A DNA stretch of 64,000 nucleotides, from positions 1,696,001-1,760,000 of the forward strand of contig CBDCMT010000001.1 of the NCBI GenBank assembly GCA_965219095.1, in the 5' to 3' direction. A program made the position numbers and the translations under genes. The notes beneath the pieces are model-generated. The model was not told the DNA's origin, made no database searches, and saw only the letters and a program-made list of their open reading frames with translations. Below, in pieces: positions 52,080 through 63,513 of this stretch. This DNA is from Bdellovibrionales bacterium (GTDB lineage: Bacteria > Bdellovibrionota > Bdellovibrionia > Bdellovibrionales > UBA1609). Positions within the stretch are counted from its first letter, which is position 1. Each line of letters opens with the position of its first letter.

Positions 52080-53672
52080 GGTAAATCAAAAAGACAGGTC
52101 ACTGGTTTAAGCCATGATAGTGACCCTAAAGTACTTGCAGAAGGAGGTGAGCTTTTCGAGACAAATTCTAAACCCTTTAGCTGGCCTGGTTTTTAAGGCC
52201 TCAAAGGGAAAAGCAAAAAAAAGATGTAAAATAGGATTTCAAGACTTTATTTATAAACAAACCAACAAAGGAGGAAAATAAAATGTATGATCACTATATA
52301 GCCGTAGATTGGGCACAAAGTAACATGGCCATTTCAAGGATGACAGGCAAATCAAAAGATATTAAGACTATGGACACGATTTCAGATCTTGGGAATCTTC
52401 GTGCCTATTTAAAAACTCTGAAAGGTAAGAAGATATTGACTATCGAAGAGACTACAACTTCGATAGTGGTTGTATTCAGAATTAAAGGATAGTGTTGATG
52501 AGTTCATAGTCTGTGATCCTCTTCGGAACAAACTTTTAAGTGAAGGGGCTAAAACTGATAAAATTGATGCTGAAAAACTTGTTTTATTGTTACGCTCTGG
52601 CCTTTTGAAACCAGTTTTTCACTCAGGTGATGAATTCATTTACCTTCGTAAGATTGTCAGTGGGTATGAAGATGTGGTTAAAAGAGGAGTTCGTGTTAAA
52701 AACCAAAGATCAGCTCTGTTTCGAGCTTCCCATCTTGATGCTAAGAAGCAGACTCAATTAAAACGGGCAGAAGAGATATATTTGTTCTAGAAGGCTTAGA
52801 TAAAGCTATCAGTTCTTATGGGGAGGAGAAAGCACGTTATGAAGCAGAGTTTAAGAGGCTAAGTAAAAAACACAAAGATATTAGCAATCTTAGTAGCATT
52901 CCAGGAATTGGTTCTATCAAGGCTATCAAGATTGTAGCCAGGGTTGTAGTGCCTCACCGATTTAAACGTAATTCCTGGTGGAGTGGACTGCGGACTTGTA
53001 AAGCTACATAAAATGAGTAGTGGAAGGTCTTATGGAACTAAGAAGTCTAGGTTTTGCCCACAAATGAAAAGTGTTTTTAAGATAGCTGCACTCTCAGTTA
53101 TAGGAAATAACAATGAATTTAATGATTTTTATGAAGAATTGATCAAAAAAAATTTACCACCACACACTGCTAGAAATGCTACCAACTAGAAGAATTGCAG
53201 CTTTAACTTTAGGTGTTTTCAAGTCTGGGAAAAAATATAAACCTTATGGAGAACGTAAAAATGTAAATAATAATAAAACAACCTTATAAAATCATCTGTT
53301 TAAAGTTTCTTGCATAGTAAGTAACAATACAAATAATGACTTTATGAGGTGAGGATAGATAGCTTAATAAAAATGATATTTATAAAAAATTCATTTCGAC
53401 GAATAGCACATCCTCTATTCCTGAAATTTACTATAATCTAAGGTTTTAAATCTTTGGAATTCATGATTTAAAACTAAAAAAGGTTCAGATAGACGCATAA
53501 TAGGAATATGTTTGTTTTACAATGTGTAAAGGAAGAGTCATTAAAAAATGGAAAGGAAATGCAGGAAGTTTTTTCTTAGGTGATTAGAATATTCGTGACC
53601 GTATGCAAAAAAAATTTTTTATATTTTTTGTAAATGGAGAAGTGTTTTTTCTTGACATACTTTTTGATAGAC
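52080..53672 (+). mobile_element. IS110-family, IS1111-type element; transposase 52283..53289 frameshifted
   Basis: IAVDWA, IEE, KTDKIDA (RuvC-like DEDD), SIPGIG, SSGRS; sub-terminal IRs ATCAAAAAG 52085-52093 / CTTTTTGAT 53660-53668; GAC at both junctions. Confidence 0.93.
53335..53542 (+). ncRNA. Predicted bridge/seek RNA of the IS1111-type element
   Basis: Hand-folded stems enclose loops with target matches (AAAAATG, ATTTCGAC) and donor matches (ATTTAC, GATAGACG). Confidence 0.7.
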
Positions 53673-53755
53673 ACTCTAAAAATTTAACAGAGTTTGATTA
53701 AAAAGCCAGGACGCTATGCGTTAAAAGAATGTCGAATTAATTTTTGGAAATGGTA
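53673..53755 (-). mobile_element. IS630 transposase-start-side end
   Basis: Matches 58269-58351; followed by TA. Confidence 0.88.
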
Positions 53756-53863
53756 TAACAAGGTAAGAATGCATTCCTCCTTGGAATACATGAGTCCAGA
53801 AGAATTTAAACAAAGGAGGGCTTTAAGAGTATAAAAACTGTCCACTTTTTTGGGGGAAGCTCA
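53756..53863 (+). mobile_element. IS3-family 3' end remnant
   Basis: YNKVRMHSSLEYMSPEEF; end CTGTCCACTTTTTTGGGGGAAGCTCA. Confidence 0.8.
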
Positions 53864-53974
53864 CTTTATTTTCCACTTTTATGCACATTCGAAAAACTCC
53901 TCCCAGTTCTTCTAAAGCAATACCTCTTCTTGTAGAACAGTTAAGAGTAGCCTAAAAAAGTAGGCTATAGTTTG

Positions 53975-54007
53975 AAAAAGGCTGAGAACACAAATCCCAG
54001 CCTTTTT
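53975..54007 (-). terminator. Intrinsic (possibly bidirectional) terminator
   Basis: AAAAAGGCTG...CAGCCTTTTT downstream of the 54052 stop. Confidence 0.7.
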
Positions 54008-54051
54008 AAGTTAACAGACAGAAGTTAAAAGATTATTATTTAATCTTCTTT

Positions 54052-54885
54052 TTAATGATCCCAAGATTTAATGCCATAAACATAAAAGGATTTATAATCT
54101 TTATCTATAAACCGAATCATATAAGTACCCCTAAAAACAGAAATAAAAGTCTCTTCTTTTTTATGGTCAGAGTCATGATCAACGAATTCGTGATAATAGG
54201 CATAGCCCCAGTTAACATCTGGTTTGTTGTGGTGGTTCATACCCAATTCTAATTGGTTCCAACCATTATCAGAAAATCTTAAAATTTTAGCATATTCATC
54301 AAGATTTTTTGATGTGAAATATTTACACTCAGTTTTTACATTATGATGATGTCCATATGAACCACAAAACGTATCAAACCATTTATTGTAAGGTTTAGTA
54401 TATACTTGTCTTACCTTCAAATCCTGCATTTCCTTATTAGTGAGATCCCATGCAAGATGGTAATTTTGCCCTTCAGGATTAATTTTAATTTTGTCGAGAT
54501 TGACACTGACTAGAGTTTTTTCTTCCACCTCAATAAATTGTCTTGTTTCACTATAAACTAATAAATAAACTCCTGCTTCAAGAGAAATCCCTTCGTTTAA
54601 TTTTTGTTTTGTTAAGTTATGGCAACTATATCTTTCAGGAAGTTCAAGATTTCCTCCACAGGCGAAGATCTCATAGTCAGAAGATTGACCGTCTCCTGGA
54701 GTTCCATTGACCTTTAATGTCCCTTTACTTTTAGGGGGAGATATACTGCTAATAATGAAGTTTCCATCATGCATTTCCCATGGAGTTTGTAAAAGTAAGC
54801 TCTGGCTTCCTTCTCCTACGACGTCCCCATAAGAAAGTCCTCCTAAAGACATCAAAAATAAAAATGTTAGTATTAATTTTTTCAT
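54052..54885 (-). CDS. Hypothetical exported protein
   Basis: Signal peptide MKKLILTFLFL...SYG; AGGAGG SD; 277 aa. Confidence 0.75.
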   Translation of the reverse strand: MKKLILTFLFLMSLGGLSYGDVVGEGSQSLLLQTPWEMHDGNFIISSISPPKSKGTLKVNGTPGDGQSSDYEIFACGGNLELPERYSCHNLTKQKLNEGISLEAGVYLLVYSETRQFIEVEEKTLVSVNLDKIKINPEGQNYHLAWDLTNKEMQDLKVRQVYTKPYNKWFDTFCGSYGHHHNVKTECKYFTSKNLDEYAKILRFSDNGWNQLELGMNHHNKPDVNWGYAYYHEFVDHDSDHKKEETFISVFRGTYMIRFIDKDYKSFYVYGIKSWDH

Positions 54886-55198
54886 AACGTAAAATCCCTC
54901 CTTTTCTAAGTTTTTTGTTATGTTGGTTTCTTAAGTCTTATTTTTTAAACTCAAAGGAAAAGACTCTTATCCTTTATGAAAAAGAATAACTTCGTATGAA
55001 AAAAAAAAGAAGAGTTAACTTTCTGCATCATGATTCTGCTTATAAAATTAGAATCTGTTTGCTAAATTAAAAAACCTAGTAAAAACAAAAGCTTTTTGTT
55101 TTTAAAAGTATTTTTCTCTGAAAAGAACCTTTTAAGTGGACCTTATTTATGAATTAAGCTCTACTTAACTTTCATTTTAAGAATGATGTGATTTCAAG

Positions 55199-56099
55199 GT
55201 AAGTTGGTTTTTTAACAGCCCTTGACTCCTATAAGGAGGATATTTCTTAGATTTTAAAGGAGAAGTTTTTATTGATCTTGTTGTAAAAAAAGCCTGTAAA
55301 ACATTTCCCTAAGTCCTTCCCCGTTACAAAAGTATTAGAGAAGTTCTTAAAAGAATAATTCCTAGTTTTTTTTCGTAATTTTGATTTTTTTTGTGCTTTA
55401 TTCTTTAAGAACGAAGCTCACTTGTATACTCAAAAGGCGTTTTAATAGGTATCTTATCGAGGGAGTTTCCCACAACCATTAAAATATAGTCCTTAGGATC
55501 TAATTCCACCTTCTTACAACTTTCCACAATACTATAAAGTACTGATGCTGTTTCAGCTCCTCTCTGAGTCCTTGACCCATGAAAGTTCTTTCTTCCCATC
55601 ACAGAATGTCGAATCGTTCTTTCTGCTTTATTGTTTGTCATAGGAATTTTCTCATTTTCTAAGAATAAATTTAAGCCATCCCAGTGATTAAAGCTATAAT
55701 CAATAGCCTTTTTTAACCCACTCTCAGGACGAGCTTCTCCATAAAGTTTATAATACAGATCTTGCAGAGAAAGAACTAAATCCTTTGATTCTGTTTGTCT
55801 TAAATTTTTGAGTTCTTCATAAGTTTTTGCCTTTGATTCAACTTTAAAAATCTCCTCCATAAGCTTTAATACTTTTCCACACTCCTCAGGGTAATTCTGT
55901 TCTATGTCAATAAACTTTCTTCTCGCATGAGACCAACAAAAAGCAAGATCAATTCCCTTTTCACCCTCAAAGTGTGTTTTATAACTAGCGTAGCCATCTG
56001 TTAAAATAGGCCCCTTATAAGACCTCAAGAGTTCTTTAACAGAACAAGCTGAACGGCTCTCACTAAAGTAATAAAAACTTCCTCCCTGATGACTTATAA
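55199..56099 (-). mobile_element. IS66 (tnpABC type) 3' part, second copy; tnpC fragment 55405..56028
   Basis: Near-identical to 16633-16795 plus 18335-19071; shows the empty AATAATTC site. Confidence 0.92.
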
Positions 56100-56779
56100 A
56101 CCTGAGTTTCGACTTTTATATGTTTTTCAGAAGCCCCTGTTCTTGAGTTTTAAGTTGAATGGAGGGTTTTTTAGGTTTTAAGCAAGTAAGAGATGAGAGT
56201 ACCTAAAAGATTGATGACAAAGTTTTGTGGGCTACGATGGCGAGAATGCTCAAGATGAAACTCTCCTTTTAACACTCCAATCACTGACCTCCACAACAGA
56301 ACATTTTTTCAACATCAACTTGTCAAATAAGGGAATCAATTTATTCTCCATATTTAATTTGACGTTTGTAATAAGCTTAACTCCCTTCTTTAAAAGCTTT
56401 TTGATTAGGAAAATAAGGTTTAAGATAGACTTTTGCAAACTGGTAAAAGGCTTTAAAATTCCTAAAGCCAGAACTTTGGAAAAGTAAGATAAAGAGTGAC
56501 AATTTCTCTGGGAGATAAGCAGAAGAAAAACCTCCTTTATTTTTGGCAAACCAGTTCTGGATTGTTGTACGAGAGGGGTTAAAAAATCATCGACAAGAAC
56601 ATAAATTGATATGATATAATTAGAATTAGAATTAAACATCTTAGACCTCCTTGTATGTTTTTTTATAACTCTCAAGTTGTTTTTCCTTGTAAGTTGCTTC
56701 TTCAAGACATCTTACAAAGAACTGAGATGTTTGTTTATATCAGCTAGCCTTTAGACCTGAAAAAAGTCGAAACTTGGGT
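56100..56779 (-). mobile_element. IS982-family element, internally deleted
   Basis: 18-bp TIRs ACC(T/C)(G/A)AGTTTCGACTTTT; IYVLVDDFL and KLITNVKLNMENKLIPLFDKLMLKK motifs. Confidence 0.85.
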
Positions 56780-56780
56780 T

Positions 56781-59700
56781 AATAAACATTGGAAGTTTGA
56801 CAAAACAAAAAAGGGATTTGTTCTAGAAGAAGGGCGAAGGCCTGCAAGCTATATTGTGGCAAGCTCAGATACTCGATCTTATGATGACTATGGAAAGATT
56901 GTAGAAATTCCCCTAGTTAATAAAATAAGAAAGAGAATTAATACCAATTACAGAAATTAATTCGACATTTTCATGTTCAAATTTAAAATTTTAAAATTGA
57001 CTTAAGGAAAAGTTTCAGTTAGGAGGTTTTAAAAAAACTTCTTTTAAGGTGAGTTTAAGTTTTCATAAGATAAGTTTATTTCAGGTATATCTATTTGTTG
57101 TGTAAATCGATTGATGGGTTAAAATAAGTGTAAAAAAGTGAGGTTAAAATTTAAAATGACAAAAATCAGTTACACAATTTAATTTATAGGTTCAAATTAA
57201 TTTACAAGCTTGATTCATCTTGTTGTTTTGTCCAAGATCGAGTGCATAATTTTTTAATCCTGCCCTCCTGATCGCAAAAAGTATTCCAGGCCTCACAACA
57301 AGTATTCAGTATATGGTCATAGTTTTTAAAACATGCATTCGATAATTTGATCCTTCGTAATTGTTGCCAGACTTGTTCCATGGGATTTAATTCTGGACTA
57401 TAAGGAGGTAAAGGCATCAGGGATAAATTCTTAGGAACTATCAAAGTCTCTGTGGTATGCCAACTGGCTCTGTCCATTAAAACAATTCCATGATAGTTTT
57501 CTTGAATATTTTTAGATATCTCATCTAAGTGAATTTGCATCATCCCTGAATTACATTCCGGTAAAACCCAAGCACAGCCTTTATCTTTATCCGGACAAAC
57601 TGCTCCAAAAATATAAGTGGATAAAAATTGTCTTTGCCTCACAACTCTAGGCCGTGTGCCTTTTCTTGCCCAAATCCTACTCAAAGAACCTTGCTGGCTT
57701 ATTCTGCATTCATCCTGCCACCAAATCTCTATTTTATTAGTCTGAATCTTTTCCTTTATTTTCTCCACCTCTTCTGGAAAATGTTCCTTAAACTGTTCCA
57801 TAGCTTCTTAATGAACTTTTAGGATGAAGAGAACGACCACTGATCCATACAATATTAAGGCGGTCTAAAGAAACATAAACCCCAGAAAGAGAATAGCAAC
57901 AGTCAAATTCATCTGCTAAAAGTTTCTGTATTTCCTTTGCTCCTATGCTTCCTCCCTCTCTTTTGTCTTGAATTTCATCTAACTTGATTTTGAAGTTCTC
58001 TTCTTCTGTCACTGGCAAACGAGGCTTGCGTCCTCTGCCTTCTCGATCTATCAATCCCTCGTAATCAAAGTCTACAAAATACTGTAACCAAGATTTGATA
58101 CTGTGACGGTGATACAAAACCATACCTGCTGTTTCTTGAATCGATTTTCCTTCTTGCATATGCTGCAAAGCTTGGAGTTTTATCTTGATGTTGGCACTTC
58201 TTTCTACTTTGTAAGTAGCTAGAAAATTATACCCTTGAATCTGTGTAACTAAATCTTTTTTCGACATGACTCTAAAAATTTAACAGAGTTTTATCAAAAA
58301 GCCAGGACGCAATACGTTAAAAAAATGTCGAATTAATTTTTGGAAATGGTATAAGGACTGGGAAAATAACAATTATTCAGGAGTTACGGGAGTTACAAAA
58401 AGATTGCTAGATTTTTGGCATCAAGCCCCTGAAGATTGTGGAAGGCAGTTTTCTTTTTTCTTTTGTCAGCTAGAAGCCATTAAAACACTAATCTTTTTAG
58501 TAGAGGCACCTGAGCATTTAAAAACAGGATTAAAAATTCCAAAAGATGAGTCTTTAAATAGGCTTTGCTCTAAAATGGCCACAGGAACGGGAAAAACAGT
58601 TGTTATGGCTATGACCATCGCTTGGCAAATTCTAAATAAAGTGAATTATCCAAGGGATACTCGCTTTTCAAAGAATATTTTTGTTGTAGCTCCTGGCTCA
58701 ACGGTCTTAGATAGGTTAAAAGCGTTAGAGTTAGGGGGTGAAGAAAACTATTACCGTGAATTTAAAATTATTCCAAATGAGTTTATGGAGAAGATGACTC
58801 AAGGAAAAGTTTTAATTAAAAAGCGTCATCAACTTCAGTGGGAGACAGAAGAAAAACTATCTAAAAGAAAGTCAGTAGATAAAAGAGGGGCAAAGAGTGA
58901 TACAGCTTATGTAAGAGAAGTATTAGAAAATTTAGCTAACCAAAATATTGTCGTTATAAATGACGAAGCTCATCATGCTTGGAGAAGACGATCAGAGCTT
59001 AAAATAAAGAAAACCGATGAAATGACAAAGCAAGAAGCAGAACAAGCTACTAAATGGATTGAGGGGCTTGATCGTATCAATAAAACTCTAGGCATTATTA
59101 ATGTCTTTGATTTTTCTGCAACCCCTTATGCTCCAGCAGGTAAAAAAGCTGATGAGAAAGATTTATTTGAATGGATAGTGAGTGACTTTGGACTAACAGA
59201 TGCCATTGAAGCTGGTTTAGTTAAAACCCCTCGATTTGCTATTGGAGATGATGCTAGTATTGATGTAAAAAACAAAAAAACTAGGCTTTATCATATTTAC
59301 GATAGTGATGAAGTTCGCCCTGATTTAAACAGAAAGACAAAGGAAAATGAATCCTTACCCGATATTGTAAAAATTGCTTATACACACCTCTCTCATGACT
59401 GGGATAAAAAATTTAATCAATGGAAGAACAGTTGTAAAAATGATAGTGAGTTTAGACCGCCTGTTATGATTTCTATCGTAAATAGAAAAGAAACTGCTGA
59501 TAGAATTGAGTTTAGCTTTAAAGAGGAAAATATTCCTTTAGCTAATCAGTTTAACAACCCAAATAAAATGATTAAGATTTACTCTGACTTAGAAGAACGT
59601 AAAGATAAAGCGACAGGCTCAAATAAAGCCTATCAAGAAGAAGTATTTGAAAAGCTCCATACTGTTGGAAAACTTAAAGGTATCGGACAGGATATTCATC

Positions 59701-60908
59701 ATATCATTGCAGTGGCTATGCTTTCAGAGGGTTGGGATTGCAAAACAGTAACTCATATTATGGGTCTTAGGGCTTTTAGCAGTCAGCTTTTATGTGAACA
59801 GACCGTAGGCCGAGGTTTAAGAAGAACTTCTTATGAATTGAACGATAAAAAAATATTTGATCCTGAATATGTTAGTGTTTTAGGAATACCTTTTTCATAT
59901 TTGCCTCAAGAGGGAGATGATAAAGATCTAAAACCAGAAAACCCAAAAAGTGCTATTTTTCCAGAGCCTAAGAAAGTGGAGTATGAAATCTCTTGGCCGA
60001 ACGTTAAAAAAATTGAAAAAGAGTTAAAACCAGAGCTTAAGATCGATTTTAAGAAAATGGGAATATTTAGAGTAGATGTTTCAAATATTCCTCGCATCAA
60101 TGAAATAGCTCCTGTTATTGACAATAAACCTCGGTATGAAGATATTTCTGTTACAAGCTTACAAGAGTTTTTTGAAAAAAATTACGAGCCAGATCGTATG
60201 CAGACTCTGATATTAAAAATGACGGGAGAAGTATACGAAAAATTAAATTTAGATTGGCAAAGGAAAGTTTTAAAGAAGGAGGCTATAAAGCAAATTTTTC
60301 ACTTATTTGAACAGTTTATAGAATCTCATAAGTTTAAAATAACTCCTGAATATGAAAAGGAGAGAAAAGATTTAATGGTTATGATCAAAATGAATGAGAT
60401 TGTAAATAAAATTTTCCACTCCATTCAAAAAGACTCTGTCGAAAAGCTCACAGTTATTTATGGTCAACCTAAATTTTCTTCAACTAAAGACTGCTCAGAG
60501 TGGTGGACAAAAAAAGATACGGATATTTTCAAAAAAACTCATATGAATTTATGCGTCGTTGACAGTGGATGGGAACGAGCTCATGCTAGAGAGCTTGATA
60601 AAAATGAAAATGTTGAAGCTTGGGTTAAAAATGATCACTTGGGATTTGAGGTTGATTATATTGATGAAAAAGGAAAGCAAAGAGTTTATATTCCAGATTT
60701 TATCATTAGGCTTGTTAATGGAGTTCATATTGTTCTTGAAGTAAAAGGAATAAAGAAAAAGCGTGATATTCAAAAGTGGGATTTTATGGAAGATTGGTGT
60801 AATGCTATCACTCAAGACTTAGGGGCAAATTGGTGCTTTAGAAAGTCTCAAGATTCTACAGGAGGCATTGTTCATAAGATCATTGGTGAGATTCTGTCTG
60901 ATTCTTAA
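56781..60908 (+). pseudogene. Type III restriction enzyme Res subunit (BPTD_3080-like), split by IS630; main ORF 58404..60908
   Basis: KMATGTGKT, DEAHH, FSATP, MLSEGWD, YIPDF...LEVKG; N-terminal piece 56781-56940 rejoins in frame. Confidence 0.88.
56941..58351 (-). mobile_element. IS630-family element, full length (orfA 57788..58267, orfB 57202..57801)
   Basis: TIRs ATACCAATTACAGAAATTAATTCGACAT / ATGTCGAATTAATTTTTGGAAATGGTA; TA TSD; WWQDE, MDRASWH, LPPYSPELNPME. Confidence 0.95.
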
Positions 60909-61640
60909 TCTGTACTATTGACCTACAACTTCCATGTGCTATGACTCTTCCTAAAAAATTAATTATGGATTTTGCAGGGCTTTGTTGTACGCTGAGCCTC
61001 TGAGCTTAACTAAGGTCTAGTGTTCATTGATAAACAGAGATGCTTTCCTGTAATCTAAGACCGTTAGAAATACAAAACAAGGATGGTTTGGAGGTTTTAT
61101 GGGAAAAAGTAGTTTTGTTTTTACCTATGATTTGGATGTTAAAAATTGATTTTGAACTTAAAAGATGAAAATCTTAGAGATAACTTTTGGTCCAAGATGT
61201 CTTAAGTTGACTTGAACCTAATGTTTTATTTGAGCTTTCTATGATAGGGGGCTGGCAGAGATTAAAGTTATATCAAATATGAGCAAAGTTAAAGAAACCA
61301 TATTTAAAAAAATCAAAGGAGATAAGTGAAAATGTGCATAAAAGGGAAAGAGTTTAAAAAGATTCTTTATAACTCAAACAATGGAACAAAAACAGAAAAA
61401 TTAACAACTTTCTTAAATGAATTGAAAGGTCCTATAACAATTCCTATAAATTGATTTGTAAACTTTTGTAAGTTTGCAGAATCACTAAAAAACAAAAAGA
61501 AAATAATAAATTAACTTACCCATCTATTCCCGAATGTTAAGACTTTTCCCCTACATTGAACCTAGTTGATCACGAAAAAATTCCGTACAAGAACGCATAT
61601 GAGAATCACGATAGTTTTGATTAAAAACAAACTTTAATTT

Positions 61641-62941
61641 CTTTTGTACTTACTTTTGAAAGTCAGGATTTAATTGTTGTATTATCTCTAGCGACATCCT
61701 TTCTGGTACTTTTTTATCTGGTACTTTCTTATTTTCCTGTTATAGTACAGTAAATTAGCAAGGGATGTCGCAGTGAGGCCATTTGAAAGAAATTCTCTTA
61801 AAATCACTTGAAAAGAAAGTTTTTTTATATTATTATAACCGTATGCTTTTAAAAAAAACCCAATCATTCAATTCCTAAAGCTGTATGGGCTTCGATTCAA
61901 GCTGTTGCTAAAGAAACTCAAGAACTGGCAAAGTCTCAAAAAGAGAATGCCAAAGCTCAAAAAGAGACTGACCGCCAACTCAAAGAATCTCAACAAGAAA
62001 TCGCTAAAGCCCACAAAGAAACAGAGCGTTTGTTAAAAGAGTCAAAACTTGAGACCGATCTTCAGTTTAGAAAGTCTGATAAACGTATAGCAAAGTTAGA
62101 CGAACTTTTCACAGGTCAATGGGGAAAGCTTATGGAGGCTCTGGCAAAAGGTGATTTAGTTAAACTTCTTCAAGAAAGAAACATTGAAGTACAGAGAATT
62201 CTTCCAGAGTCTTTTGGGACATGGAATGGGAAACCTTTTGAATTCGACATTATTGCATTTAATGGCAGTGAAGTGGTTGTGACAGAAGTCAAAACCACCT
62301 TACGTATAAGAGACTTAACTCATTTTTTAAAAAAGCTAGCAGATTTTAAAAAAATGTTTCCTGAATATAAAGACAAAAAAATCTACGGTGCTGTAGCTTA
62401 TCTTAAATCCAATCAAAGTTCAGCTAGAAAGGCTGAGAAAGAAGGTCTTTTTGTGATTCGAGTTGTAGGGAACAGTGCTAGTATTATAAATCCCAAAGGC
62501 TTTAAACCAAAAAACTTTAAGTAAAAACTCTATCTTCTTCTATGTTTTAAGTTGTTACTTCCTATCTTCTTAGCTACTTTTATTTTCTTTCTTAGGCTAA
62601 AGTTATCACATTAAATCAATTGATTCTCACCCTCTAGCTTACCTTGTACTAAAGCCTCCATAAGCTTTCTGACCGATCGTAAAAAGGAGAAGCTCCAATT
62701 TGAGAAGTTAAATGGAGCTTTTTTAAAAGATGTGAGCTGTGTTCACAATAAAGGAAAAAGTGTGTCTAGAATTAGACAAAACAAAAGAGATGCCAAAGCT
62801 TAAAAGCACTTAAGATCATTTCATTTTTTCTTATTCAGAAAAAATATTAAGAAAGTGTCTGACCCCTTAAAAGCTTATTTTTCACTCTATCTTAAGATTT
62901 TCTTATTGGGGAGGACTATTTTCCACTTTTAACTACTTATA
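61641..62941 (+). repeat. Dispersed ~1.3-kb duplication, copy 2
   Basis: Near-identical to 42336-43794. Confidence 0.92.
61843..62524 (+). CDS. Coiled-coil plus PD-(D/E)xK protein, second copy; ATG out of frame with the body
   Basis: Near-identical to 42529-43228. Confidence 0.65.
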
Positions 62942-63035
62942 GTTTCTTTCATTCTAAGAAAGAAGGAAAACAAATCAAATAAAGTTTGATGACAAAAGGA
63001 AATTTGTATCAAAAAGACGAGAAAAAAGGTGCAAA

Positions 63036-63322
63036 ATGAAAAAACAAGAATCCCATTTGAGGGTTCCTAGAAAGACCTTTTTTTAAATTAAAAGAGCTTT
63101 TAGTAAAATCCCATAAAATCCCTTATAGTAGAAAAATCAAAGCCAAAGATATTTTCAAAAAAGCCCCTTCTCTTATAACAGAAGATCCCCTATTTGAGCT
63201 TAAGAGATGAAACACTTTCTAATCAGGATCGTATCGAGATGAGGTTTAAGGAGTAGCAAAAAGAAAATCCAAAAGCAGCTTTAAAAGATGAGTTTTTAGG
63301 TCAGCTTCTTAAAAAAATCTAG
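63036..63322 (+). pseudogene. Frameshifted small hypothetical gene
   Basis: MKKQESHLRV...RKIKAKDIF...ETLSNQDRIEMRF...KDEFLGQLLKKI across frames. Confidence 0.4.
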
Positions 63323-63513
63323 GGCGTGTCCTCATTTACCTAGACCTTTTTCAAGACCTTAGGCGTGTTGAATATTTAGCCTCCTCAAAAGAACCTCCGG
63401 GAACCCACAGATTCTTTTGAGGAGGCGAAATTTCAAAGCTATGCTATCTATAGCATGTATGTTTATTTGGCTTAAACTTCAAAGTAAAGGTCCAGTCAAA
63501 TGAGGACACGCCC
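63322..63513 (+). mobile_element. IS5-family non-autonomous derivative containing an ISL3 mini-element
   Basis: 16-bp TIRs GGGCGTGTCCTCATTT; TA flanks in CTAG context; transposase tail NFKAMLSIACMFIWL. Confidence 0.85.
63379..63426. mobile_element. 48-bp ISL3-derived fold-back mini-element
   Basis: GCCTCCTCAAAAGAA-N18-TTCTTTTGAGGAGGC, perfect 15-bp IR. Confidence 0.88.

Noticed and set aside
53598..53602. ACCGT as an alternative right-donor guide
   Set aside because: Complementary to the junction, but only 5 nt and outside the predicted donor loop; ATTTAC fits the topology better.
60910..61640. Possible mod gene or toxin-antitoxin pair after res
   Set aside because: Only short broken frames; no methyltransferase or toxin motif recognised.
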